Positions 1 through 9,169 of a stretch of 36,072 nucleotides of DNA are shown one piece after another. The translations under genes and the position numbers were made by a program. The notes under the pieces are model-generated. The model worked only from the letters and a program-made list of their open reading frames with translations, did not search any database and had not been told where the DNA came from. Location of the stretch: positions 1-36,072 of the forward strand of contig JAEOTQ010000017.1 of the NCBI GenBank assembly GCA_016839785.1, in the 5' to 3' direction. Position 1 is the stretch's first letter; each line of letters starts with the position of its first letter. This stretch comes from Candidatus Hodarchaeota archaeon (GTDB taxonomy: Archaea; Asgardarchaeota; Heimdallarchaeia; Hodarchaeales; Hodarchaeaceae).

Positions 1-462
1 CTATTTACAGATATTTATTTGATTCTCACAAAAATGCCGAATGGATTAAAAAATTATCGTTATCCAGTGCTGCAACTCGCTTTGAAAGGATTGCTGCTGC
101 TTGATCTTGTATACCTAGACCAAGATACCTGGTTTGCTAAAGAATCAGAAGAGGAATTACAGATAAGGATTAAAAACCTCGATGAATTTGTAGGGCAACA
201 GGAAGAAGAACTGGATTACGAAAATAATGTGAAAATTTTGATGGAAGCTAGTGTATGGCAGAAAGGAATTGTTTGCTTTGATCTGTTAATTACGAAATCC
301 ATTTATCTATCTACATTCTCACAGACTCATTTACCAGAAACAGTGAAAGTATCTACCTTAAATAAGAATAATTTTCAGCAGATAATGCTTTCTAGTTTAA
401 ATCAAGTGAGGTTTCTGGATGAACTCAGAGTTAAATCTCTTTCAGCCCTGCTAACAGCCTGA
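1..462 (+). CDS. Hypothetical protein, 5'-truncated at the window edge
   Basis: Frame is open from base 1 (CTA TTT ACA GAT ATT TAT TTG...) to TGA at 460-462, so the TTG at 19 is probably internal. No motif recognised. Confidence 0.6.
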   Translation, partial: LFTDIYLILTKMPNGLKNYRYPVLQLALKGLLLLDLVYLDQDTWFAKESEEELQIRIKNLDEFVGQQEEELDYENNVKILMEASVWQKGIVCFDLLITKSIYLSTFSQTHLPETVKVSTLNKNNFQQIMLSSLNQVRFLDELRVKSLSALLTA

Positions 463-475
463 AGATGTACCTTCT

Positions 476-1561
476 TTATCGAGTAACCTTAAATCCCATA
501 ACCACATCACGAAGTTCACTTAATTTAGAATTGGTATCAAATGTATTTCTCACAGGTTCAATAAGCTCATTTAAGTAATAAGCAACTCCGTTTTTTAAGT
601 CTGCAGCATGTAAATCTTTATTCAAATAGACTTGTTCCAATTCTTCATACGAGGTAAATTCTAGATCTCCACCAAATTTCTTGGGACGTTCAATCTTCAT
701 ACTCTCAAAACTTTCAAAGATGAAATATTTCGTGTATTCAAGAATAGGATTTTCTTCTACTCCTTCTGGACAATAAGATTTATTGATTTTTTTCTTGATT
801 TGGGATTTAGAATCAGTCATAAATATTGTGGCGTCAGGTTTGGATTTGGACATCTTCAGATCCATTACCCGATCCTCTAAACTATCATAAGACTCCTTAG
901 GGGTATTAAGACCCAATATCATATGATGAGAAATGACAACTGGTTTTGAGTTATACAATTTTGGTCCAACTTCTCTCGCTAACATATTAACCTTGCGCTG
1001 ATCCATTCCTAGTTGACAGACATCTAATGGATTTCCATCATCTAAATGGAAAATATCTGCACATTGCATACAAGGATATAATATCTGAGAGGCTTGTAAA
1101 GCTTCGGACTGACTACGACCCATGATTTGAGCAGTTCTTAAGATGCGTTTAAGAGTTGAATTTCGTGCAATTTGCATAACTTTCTTCCAATACTCATCAT
1201 CTTGGACAAGATCTGATGCCCAAATAAAATCTACATTTTTAAGATCCATTCCAGTTAATCGCCAAACCTCTATCAGGTATTTCCCAGTTGTTTGAATATT
1301 ATCCAAATTTCCTCCGAGTTTGTTGTTCGCCCAAGCATGCCAATCAGCCACCAACATTTTAAAGCGAGTTCCAGCCTTAATCATTTTATTAACGTTGATA
1401 GCACGTAGTACACCTTGTGCGATGTGAACTTGGCCACTTGGTTCAAATCCATCATAAGCTGTAAAGGTTTTCTTGTTGTTAAGTAATTTTTCTAACTCTT
1501 CCTCGGTTACAATCTCTTCTCCCACACTTTTCACAAGATTCATTCTTTCTTTAATTTCCAT
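476..1561 (-). CDS. tyrS: Tyrosine--tRNA ligase, archaeal/eukaryotic type
   Basis: YDGFEPSG..HIAQG (HIGH variant), ADWHA, YPCMQCADIF, QLGMDQRKVNMLARE, KMSKS. Start is ATG 1561 or TTG 1573. Confidence 0.97.
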   Translation of the reverse strand: MEIKERMNLVKSVGEEIVTEEELEKLLNNKKTFTAYDGFEPSGQVHIAQGVLRAINVNKMIKAGTRFKMLVADWHAWANNKLGGNLDNIQTTGKYLIEVWRLTGMDLKNVDFIWASDLVQDDEYWKKVMQIARNSTLKRILRTAQIMGRSQSEALQASQILYPCMQCADIFHLDDGNPLDVCQLGMDQRKVNMLAREVGPKLYNSKPVVISHHMILGLNTPKESYDSLEDRVMDLKMSKSKPDATIFMTDSKSQIKKKINKSYCPEGVEENPILEYTKYFIFESFESMKIERPKKFGGDLEFTSYEELEQVYLNKDLHAADLKNGVAYYLNELIEPVRNTFDTNSKLSELRDVVMGFKVTR

Positions 1562-1662
1562 TGTGTCCGCCAATTACTGTTTCAAGTTTTTGAATTTATA
1601 GAAAACCTCTAGCGTAGTCTAAACAGAAAACGCTCTAATAGGTATTTTTTTTGAAGTGAAAC

Positions 1663-2448
1663 TTAACGCTTTTCTTGAGTGTCTTTCCAGCGATTGTTAC
1701 TGAATTTTTCTCCTCGATTTCTCAATTTTTTTGCTGGAAGACCAATCCAGACTTCATTAGGAGGAATACTTTGACCCTTTATAACACCCGATTTAGCACC
1801 AAGAATCGAATTATCACCAAATTCTACACCACAAGCTACTATACTATATGTGCCTACCATACAGTTTTTACCAATTTTTGTGGGACTTACAACGATCGAT
1901 GTACCTTCGTTTGCATGCCCAGTAACGACTGAATTATAACCGATGAATGAGTTATCTCCTATCTCAACTAATCCAGCGGTTTCAATATAGGTTCGAGTGG
2001 TAATGTAAACGTTTTTTCCTACTTTTAACCCATACAATCGCATCAATTGAGGAAATAGGAAAATTCCCCACACAAATGGAAGAGCTGTATATACTTTCAA
2101 CATGGATTTGAATATACCATCTGCAGCGATCCGTACAGCTATTAATCTTCCTAATGAGGAGTAACGGGGATAGATTCCAGGTTTAAGAATAAAAGGTAGA
2201 GTTAGTCGTACAACAATTTGCGAATGTACCACTCCAAAGAACAGTACAGTAAAGGAATAAGAAAGAAACAGATAAGACGGAGATAAAAGATAATGAATTA
2301 ACCCTAGATCAGAATTACTTATGAGAAAATAGATTAACCACCCTTCTGGAAAAAATGCAATTATTAGAACGACGCATGTGAGAGTAAAGTAGAGGATAAT
2401 GCGCAAATCATTCAGTACTGACATAATTATATTCTTTTGAATATTCAT
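1663..2448 (-). CDS. Membrane-anchored hexapeptide-repeat (left-handed beta-helix) acyltransferase-like protein
   Basis: N-terminal hydrophobic segments, then GLKVGKNVYI, VEIGDNSFIG, KIGKNCMVG, FGDNSILGA repeats and IPPNEVWIGLPAK. Confidence 0.8.
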   Translation of the reverse strand: MNIQKNIIMSVLNDLRIILYFTLTCVVLIIAFFPEGWLIYFLISNSDLGLIHYLLSPSYLFLSYSFTVLFFGVVHSQIVVRLTLPFILKPGIYPRYSSLGRLIAVRIAADGIFKSMLKVYTALPFVWGIFLFPQLMRLYGLKVGKNVYITTRTYIETAGLVEIGDNSFIGYNSVVTGHANEGTSIVVSPTKIGKNCMVGTYSIVACGVEFGDNSILGAKSGVIKGQSIPPNEVWIGLPAKKLRNRGEKFSNNRWKDTQEKR

Positions 2449-2553
2449 TATAATTATTGAGATATTTCACTGATCATTTCACTTTTAAGCGAAATCATTT
2501 CTACGGGATTAAACTCTTCCAAATCTCGTCAAGAAAGGAGAAAAGAGCTTTAG

Positions 2554-3525
2554 CTATCGTTTTATTTTCCCAGGTAAATAGAAATTATACTTTCTCCCAA
2601 GCATTCTCGTCTGTAGATATCGATCCATCCTTCGTGCTGCTTGAAATATAACCCAGATCTGCCGATCCCCCAAAAATCCATTATAATATGCATCAACTTC
2701 TTTGAAACTTAGAGGCACTATTTCTAATTCAGGGACTTCATCTGAAAAAAAGTCATTGACCAATTTGATCAATTGAGGTATCAATTCAGCCTTCTGTTCC
2801 TTGTAGAAATTAGCTATGATATCAATAGTGACTAATCGAAAGTCGTAATATCGACCAACCACCTCTTCTAGAAATAAAGCTTCTAGTAACCATCTCAAAA
2901 AAGAAGGAGCGCTTTTCAAAAACAGAACTGGCTCCATTGCATCAATAGAGTTAATTCTAAATAACGGAGTGCTTGTATCGAGATAAAGTAATTCAATAGC
3001 TTCAGAAATACGGGGATTAGCAGGATCATAACCAACCACAGCCCAGTTTGAAATTTGTCCATCAATTCCGACCTGGATGTTCCGAGATCGTTGATTATAA
3101 AGCCAAATTTTTGATAATCTACGCATGATGACCTTTATTAGGGTAAAAATTTCCTCTTGACTTATTTGATGATGGATAATCGCATTACCAATTGACTGGG
3201 GATCAATTTTCTTTTGAGCACAGTAGAGAACTATTGAATCATCCTCTGATTTTAACCAACATGAATCCTCTAAAGGTACGTTTATTCCATTTTTGGTTAG
3301 AATTTTATGATAAAGATCATAGGCTTTGATATGTCGAGTTACCTGTTCTTCTGTATCAAATATTGGTAATCTTTTATACGCAATTGGCTCACTAGAGTGG
3401 ACAAATTCAAATACTAGACTGATCTCACCATATCCCAATATTTGTATTGGAACCTCTCCCCTTTCAGGATACAAAGTGTTAATAGAGTGCTCAAAATCAC
3501 GTATTTGGTTAATATCGATCTTCAT
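2554..3525 (-). CDS. Uncharacterised protein with kinase-like motifs (DUF6206-like)
   Basis: 323-aa ORF with LGYGEISLV (Gly loop-like), AYKR, IDGQISNW (DxxxxN) and LYLDTS. Family assignment is from recollection only. Confidence 0.6.
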   Translation of the reverse strand: MKIDINQIRDFEHSINTLYPERGEVPIQILGYGEISLVFEFVHSSEPIAYKRLPIFDTEEQVTRHIKAYDLYHKILTKNGINVPLEDSCWLKSEDDSIVLYCAQKKIDPQSIGNAIIHHQISQEEIFTLIKVIMRRLSKIWLYNQRSRNIQVGIDGQISNWAVVGYDPANPRISEAIELLYLDTSTPLFRINSIDAMEPVLFLKSAPSFLRWLLEALFLEEVVGRYYDFRLVTIDIIANFYKEQKAELIPQLIKLVNDFFSDEVPELEIVPLSFKEVDAYYNGFLGDRQIWVIFQAARRMDRYLQTRMLGRKYNFYLPGKIKR

Positions 3526-3701
3526 TCGGAATCCTCAACCATTTACAGTTAGTATTAGCTTAAAAGAATGGGTTTGTGATAAAAAGCTTTGGACGAGTAC
3601 AAGCATTCCTCAGAAATAGATCCAATAGATTGGATAAAACACATATTAGAAAACTAATTCTTTATAATCCGTTAGAATTCTTCTATTTTTTGGGTTTTAT
3701 C

Positions 3702-4340
3702 ATGTCAACTCCAACAATAACGTACTTGGGACAATCCTGCTTTCTTTTAGATTTTGCATCTTCAAAAATTCTGATCGATCCTGGGAATAAGGCAAACGGA
3801 AGAATGAAAGGCGATATTGTTTACGCTACTCATAGACATGTGGATCATACTGCAGGAATCAACGAATTTTTGGAGTTTGATGAAGAATCTACAATTCTCA
3901 TAGGAAATAAGCAAGTCACGAAGAACTACGTCAAATGGGGAGACAGAGTAAAGACCATCGAAGACGGGGAGACAATGTCATTCGACAATTTTGACTTAGA
4001 ATTTATTAGTGCGAGACATGGCCTTTTTCAAGGAGAAAAAAACATAGGAATAATAATCAGTTTTCCATCTTTTAAATTTGGTCATCTTGGAGATGGCGTG
4101 TCTTTTGATGGATTTGCAGACAAAAAGGTAGATATGTTAGCAGTTCCGATCGCTGGAATCGTTACTGCCTCACCCAAACGTGCCATTAGGGAATTATCGA
4201 AATTTGAAGAACCTCCGCCTATTATTGTGCCAATACACTGGTTATTTAGATCTACCAAAGGATTCTGTAAAAAGTTGGAAAAAATATTCCCTCAAACTAA
4301 GTGCCTTATTCCAAAAAAAGGTGAAATATTATCTTATTGA
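3702..4340 (+). CDS. Metallo-beta-lactamase-fold hydrolase (UPF0173/UlaG-like)
   Basis: ITYLGQSCF, LIDP, THRHVDH, HLGD, VPIHW. The fold begins right after ATG 3702, so the GTG at 3576 is unlikely to be the start. Confidence 0.9.
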   Translation: MSTPTITYLGQSCFLLDFASSKILIDPGNKANGRMKGDIVYATHRHVDHTAGINEFLEFDEESTILIGNKQVTKNYVKWGDRVKTIEDGETMSFDNFDLEFISARHGLFQGEKNIGIIISFPSFKFGHLGDGVSFDGFADKKVDMLAVPIAGIVTASPKRAIRELSKFEEPPPIIVPIHWLFRSTKGFCKKLEKIFPQTKCLIPKKGEILSY

Positions 4341-4355
4341 GCAGATGATGAAAAT

Positions 4356-5132
4356 ATGCACATACAAATAGTATTAAACGTATGGGAGAGTAAAGCTTTC
4401 ATTGCAAAAGCAATAATGAATCATCCTGAAATTAAGAAACATTTAACGACAGGAACCATTGCGATTGGTAGAGGTATAACTAACGCATTCATTCTTCGTG
4501 AATTTCTGACTGCTACTGGAAATTCTGGCTTTGATATCGATATTGAAAACTATGTCGCAGGGGTCATCGATGGATCACTATGGTTGTCAGATCCAAATAC
4601 TCGTACTCCAGAGGTTGTATTTCGTCAGGGTAAACCAGTGTTTGAGCCTATTGCTGACTCGGTTGAATCCTGTGATCTAATTATCAAAGGTGGAAACACG
4701 TTAGGGACGGATTGGGTTGCAGGAGTCCTTGTTGCACACCCACAAGGAGGAACTATAGGTTCTGTCTATTCAATAGCGCTTTCTAGAGGAATAAAAATCC
4801 TCGTACCGATCTCAATTCAAAAATCTATTCCTTTTGCTGTTACAGAGATTACACCTGAACTTGGTGGACAGAACAAAATAGATTTCGCAAGGGGATTGCC
4901 TGTAGGCTTGTTTCCGATTCTAGGCGGAGAAATCTTTTCAGAAATTGAGGCTATAGATGCAATTGCCACAGTCAATGTTTATCCCATTGGTGCAGGAGGA
5001 GTGTATAATGGCGCGGGAGCCTCTGTGTTCGAAATTTCAGGCCCTAGCTCTGAAGTAGAGAAAATAAAAAATTTATTTGAGGAGATAAAAGATACTAATC
5101 CGTTAAACGTTAATTTAAAACCACATAAATAA
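4356..5132 (+). CDS. Conserved hypothetical protein
   Basis: 258-aa ORF, operon-like spacing (15 and 14 nt). Gly-rich motifs IIKGGN, HPQGGTIG, IGAGGV suggest an enzyme, function unknown. Confidence 0.7.
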   Translation: MHIQIVLNVWESKAFIAKAIMNHPEIKKHLTTGTIAIGRGITNAFILREFLTATGNSGFDIDIENYVAGVIDGSLWLSDPNTRTPEVVFRQGKPVFEPIADSVESCDLIIKGGNTLGTDWVAGVLVAHPQGGTIGSVYSIALSRGIKILVPISIQKSIPFAVTEITPELGGQNKIDFARGLPVGLFPILGGEIFSEIEAIDAIATVNVYPIGAGGVYNGAGASVFEISGPSSEVEKIKNLFEEIKDTNPLNVNLKPHK

Positions 5133-5146
5133 ATGCGGGAATTCTA

Positions 5147-6085
5147 ATGAGGAAGAAAGACATAGTTCAACGATATGAAAAGAACCCCATTCTTACCAAA
5201 CAAGATATTCCATATCAAGTTGAAACTGTACATAATGCTGGGGTTACAAAATTTGAAAATAAGTATATTATGATCTTTCGGTCTCATTTAAGAACAGGAA
5301 GATCAATTATCGGGTTAGCTGAAAGTATTAATGGTTATGATTTTGTAGTAAGGAATACCCCATTTATGATACCATCAGAAGAACCGTATTTCAAAGATTA
5401 TGAGCAATATGGGGTTGAAGATCCAAGAATTACAAAAATCGATGACTCCTACTACATCACATATTCCGCATATTCTAAATTTGGAGTAAGGATCGGCCTA
5501 GCCAAGACAGTCGATTTTCAAGAGGTATCTCGAATCGCTTTTATTACTCAAGCAGATTATCGTAATACCGTTATATTTCCAGAAAAAATCAATAATGAAT
5601 ACGTAAAACTAGATAGACCCCATTCTGATATTAGTCCTTGGAGCATATGGATAAGTTACTCTCCAGACCTTATCCACTGGGGAAAATCGAAAGTCATAAT
5701 GAAACCCGTCAAATATCACTGGGATGAAATGAAAATCGGAGCAGGAGCTCCTCCAATCAAAACTGAGAGGGGATGGCTTAATATTTATCATGGAGTATTT
5801 CCGACAATGGATGGGTCTGTTTATCGGTTGGGGGTTGCATTACATGACTTGGAGGATCCATCAAATCTACTTGGTGTTGGTGATGAATGGATATTGCAGC
5901 CAGAAGATCCATGGGAAATAACAGGGTATGTACATAATGTTGTTTTCACATGCGGAGCTGTACCTGAACCTAATGGAGATGTAAAAATTTATTGGGGGGG
6001 TGCTGATACAGTTATGTGTGTAGGTACTGCAAATATTGACACGTTAGTAGATTTATGCTTATCAAACTCACGAGATCCATATTAG
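5147..6085 (+). CDS. Glycoside hydrolase family 130 (beta-mannoside phosphorylase-like)
   Basis: NPIL, HNAG, GVEDPRI, DYRN, DRP, KIGAGAPPIKT, IYHGV, NVVFTCG, YWGGAD. Confidence 0.92.
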   Translation: MRKKDIVQRYEKNPILTKQDIPYQVETVHNAGVTKFENKYIMIFRSHLRTGRSIIGLAESINGYDFVVRNTPFMIPSEEPYFKDYEQYGVEDPRITKIDDSYYITYSAYSKFGVRIGLAKTVDFQEVSRIAFITQADYRNTVIFPEKINNEYVKLDRPHSDISPWSIWISYSPDLIHWGKSKVIMKPVKYHWDEMKIGAGAPPIKTERGWLNIYHGVFPTMDGSVYRLGVALHDLEDPSNLLGVGDEWILQPEDPWEITGYVHNVVFTCGAVPEPNGDVKIYWGGADTVMCVGTANIDTLVDLCLSNSRDPY

Positions 6086-6092
6086 ATGAAGA

Positions 6093-6773
6093 TTAGGCGA
6101 AATCAGATAGATTTAGTTCGTTGAATGTCTCAATTATTTGATCGGAATCCTGAAGTCTACTTCTTCCAAATGATGTTGTAATTGCGATAACATACATCCC
6201 TGCATTCTTCGCAGCAGTAATACCAGCAGGTGTATCCTCAATTGCTATACATTTTGAAGGGGGAACATCTAATTTGTCAGCTGCTCTCAGAAAAATATCA
6301 GGAAAAGGCTTACTTCTAACACCTCTTTCTGCTCCTGATAAAAAATCAAAAGAATTTTCCAAGGATACTTGTTTTAAGTTAAATCGTATTTTTCTAATGG
6401 AACCAGACGATGCAACGGCAATTTTCCATTTTAAGTTTCGAGCCTGATCAATAATAGTGTCAATTCCAGGAATTTTTGCCAATTTGTCAGCTGCAATCTC
6501 AAGATAGACTTGATCTTTTAACTTGATCAAAAATTCAATCTTCTTTTCTGTCCCAACGAGATTGAACTTGTTAAAATAGTGTTTTACAGACTCTCGTGAA
6601 GTACCGCCCATGATAGCATCATAATCTGTCCCGATGTCGACATTATATTCTTGATCAAAAACAACATTCCAAGCTCCGCAACTTAACGGCTCTGAATCGA
6701 CGATTACCCCATCACAATCAAGTATAAGAGCAGAGATAGGTTTATTGAAGCCTTGGACTATATTACTATCCAT
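6093..6773 (-). CDS. HAD-superfamily phosphatase (beta-phosphoglucomutase/CbbY-like)
   Basis: DCDGVIVDSE motif I, VASS motif II, KPFPDIF, IEDTPAGITAA. Confidence 0.92.
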   Translation of the reverse strand: MDSNIVQGFNKPISALILDCDGVIVDSEPLSCGAWNVVFDQEYNVDIGTDYDAIMGGTSRESVKHYFNKFNLVGTEKKIEFLIKLKDQVYLEIAADKLAKIPGIDTIIDQARNLKWKIAVASSGSIRKIRFNLKQVSLENSFDFLSGAERGVRSKPFPDIFLRAADKLDVPPSKCIAIEDTPAGITAAKNAGMYVIAITTSFGRSRLQDSDQIIETFNELNLSDFA

Positions 6774-6789
6774 ATTAATGGACCAATAT

Positions 6790-8070
6790 TCAGAGGTTCA
6801 TTAATGCTGCGGTTAACCGTTCTAGTAACTCTTCAATTTCATTTTCACTAATTATCAGAGGAGGTAAAAATTTACTCGTCGCCTTATTATTCCCACAATA
6901 ATCACAAAAAACCCCATTTCTAACTGAACTTAATACAAAGTGTAGTGATGTAAACTCATCAATGAATTCTACCCCCCACATTAATCCCCTCCCTCTTACA
7001 TCAATTATTTTATCAGAAAACTCATTTTTTAGCTTGAGTAACCCCTTTCCAAACAAACTTCCTACTTTAGTTATATGGGCCAAGAATGAAGAATCTGATA
7101 TAATTCCCAACATTCTTCGAGTTACATAACAGCCCAATTCCGACCCTCCAGTGGTAGAAATATGGAGAAATGGATCTCCTTCAAATACTGATTCTAATTC
7201 GGGTTTATAACTAGTGGTTGAGAGAGGATAGACCCCTGAACTCATTCCTTTAGCTAAGACTATTATATCAGGAACTACTTTTTCTTTAGGATAGAGACCT
7301 CCGTATATCCCCCACAATTCCCCCGTTCGTCCAAGTCCTGTTTGTACTTCATCCGCAATCATTACCACGTTGTTTTCATCACACAATTCTCGGACTTCTG
7401 CAAAGTAACCTTCGGGAGGAATTAGTATCCCTCCTGTTGCAGGAATTGTTTCAAACAACACACATGCCGTGTCTTCATTAATAGATTTTTTTAAGGCATC
7501 AGGATCTGCAAATGGTATTTGAACAAAGTCAGGTGAGTCCCAGAAGAATGGATCCTTGAAACTTGGAGCAGAAGCTCCAAGAGCAAATCCAGTGACGCCA
7601 TGATACGCCCGTTTAGCAGATATTATCTTCTTTCGTTTTGTATAAGCTCTGGATAATTTAATTGCGAGATCTATTGCTTCACCGCCTCCTACGGAAAACA
7701 TAGTTTTCGAAATAGTTCCAGGTAAAAGGTCTGCTAATTGCTTTGCCAATAACGCCCTCTGTTCGCTTAATAAATGATGATCCCCAATATCAAGGCCTAA
7801 ATCTAATCCCTTCTTCAATGTTCTATCGATTTCAGGATGATGATGACCCAAATTGAAAACTCCCCCACTTGTATGACAATCTATTAATTCTAATGGTCTA
7901 TTCCCTCCCTGTCCTTCGAGCATATGAATCTTAATGCCTTCACGTTTAGCTTGGATCACACCCAAGCCAATTTGTTTAAAAAACGAAGCTTTTGGTTCAG
8001 AGACATACTTAGCATACAGGTCTACTAAAGAATCTTGATCTTTCGTTCCAAACACCTTGTCAAATTGCAT
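6790..8070 (-). CDS. Class III PLP-dependent aminotransferase (putrescine/acetylornithine-type)
   Basis: NLGH, GGEAIDLAIK, AYHG, IADEVQTGLGRTG, PDIIVLAKGMSSG, VRGRGLM. Substrate cannot be determined. Confidence 0.92.
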   Translation of the reverse strand: MQFDKVFGTKDQDSLVDLYAKYVSEPKASFFKQIGLGVIQAKREGIKIHMLEGQGGNRPLELIDCHTSGGVFNLGHHHPEIDRTLKKGLDLGLDIGDHHLLSEQRALLAKQLADLLPGTISKTMFSVGGGEAIDLAIKLSRAYTKRKKIISAKRAYHGVTGFALGASAPSFKDPFFWDSPDFVQIPFADPDALKKSINEDTACVLFETIPATGGILIPPEGYFAEVRELCDENNVVMIADEVQTGLGRTGELWGIYGGLYPKEKVVPDIIVLAKGMSSGVYPLSTTSYKPELESVFEGDPFLHISTTGGSELGCYVTRRMLGIISDSSFLAHITKVGSLFGKGLLKLKNEFSDKIIDVRGRGLMWGVEFIDEFTSLHFVLSSVRNGVFCDYCGNNKATSKFLPPLIISENEIEELLERLTAALMNL

Positions 8071-8120
8071 AGAACTTTGATATAACGCTTCAGAATAAAA
8101 ATATATTGGGGTTACCAGGA

Positions 8121-9080
8121 TTATAATGAGTATGCCTGCAGAAGTGTAGGAGAATATAATAACCCAAATAATACTGCTCCTCCTCCACTTGTGATGATTA
8201 TAGTTTTAAACAATAATAAAGCACCCTCTTGATCTTGCCTTTTCAATAAATTGTAAACAGCAATGATTTCAAGTAAACCCAAGATAAAAGGAGTCCAATG
8301 GGGAATTAACAGATCAATATTCATGAGATGTAAGTTTAAAACGATCAATAGGAATACTCGAGCAAGTACTACTCCTGCTGTTAAATGGATAGCCTTTCTT
8401 TTCCCAAGGAAGACAGCTGTCGTAATATCTCCTACCCTTTGATCAGTTTCATGATCAATTAACATAGTGGGAAGATGAATTCCTGATACTAAGATGATGT
8501 TTAATACAATCCCTAATCCTATTAAATTTAGATCAACAATAACAGATGATCCCAATAGCCCAATATAGAATGGAATAAAAAGTCCTATAATTAAAAAAGT
8601 GACAAGTATATCCAAAAATGGTTTTGCTTTAAACCTAAAAGGAGGGACTGAATATAAAATAGAACCTGTCATTCCTATCAAAAAAGCTAAAAAACCTAAA
8701 AATAGTTTTAGTTGAGAAACTGAATTTGGAATCAAGAATATATTTAAAGGAATTAACAAGGTCCAAATCAGTATAATCCAGATTACAATGTGAATTTTGT
8801 GTAGCGAGCTGGAGGTTGCGAGTGGGTTTCGAAGTGATAAACTCCGTGGATTTAGTGAATCGCTTTGTTGATCAAAATATCCGTTCAAGCTAAAATGGCC
8901 TAAACTGAACAAGAAAATAGATACAGAACTGGTTAATAATGATTCTAGTGGCAGTTGATAGAGGAGAGCTACCATTAGTGCCACTTGGGAGAAAATAAAC
9001 CCCCATTCAGGACGAGATAGTACAATTAACTGCCAAATGATTTTTCTTGACACTAGTTTCTTGTTGAAAACGTTTTTCAT
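8121..9080 (-). CDS. UbiA-family prenyltransferase (LyeJ/CrtEb-like motifs)
   Basis: Multi-TM protein with SRP, NGYFDQQSD, YSVPPFRFKAKPFLD and DHETDQRVGDITTAVFLG. Confidence 0.85.
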   Translation of the reverse strand: MKNVFNKKLVSRKIIWQLIVLSRPEWGFIFSQVALMVALLYQLPLESLLTSSVSIFLFSLGHFSLNGYFDQQSDSLNPRSLSLRNPLATSSSLHKIHIVIWIILIWTLLIPLNIFLIPNSVSQLKLFLGFLAFLIGMTGSILYSVPPFRFKAKPFLDILVTFLIIGLFIPFYIGLLGSSVIVDLNLIGLGIVLNIILVSGIHLPTMLIDHETDQRVGDITTAVFLGKRKAIHLTAGVVLARVFLLIVLNLHLMNIDLLIPHWTPFILGLLEIIAVYNLLKRQDQEGALLLFKTIIITSGGGAVLFGLLYSPTLLQAYSL

Positions 9081-9102
9081 CAGGAGATCCTATGTTTTAT
9101 AG

Positions 9103-9142
9103 TTTATAAATCTAATATTAAGCTAGAGGACACTTTTATATA
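9103..9142. promoter_or_regulatory. Candidate divergent archaeal TATA boxes
   Basis: TTTATAAA (9103-9110) lies about 23 nt before the minus-strand ATG at 9080, and TTTTATATA (9134-9142) about 28 nt before the plus-strand start at 9170. The AT-rich background weakens the call. Confidence 0.4.
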
Positions 9143-9169
9143 TTATCAAATATTTTTAATTCCAATCTG

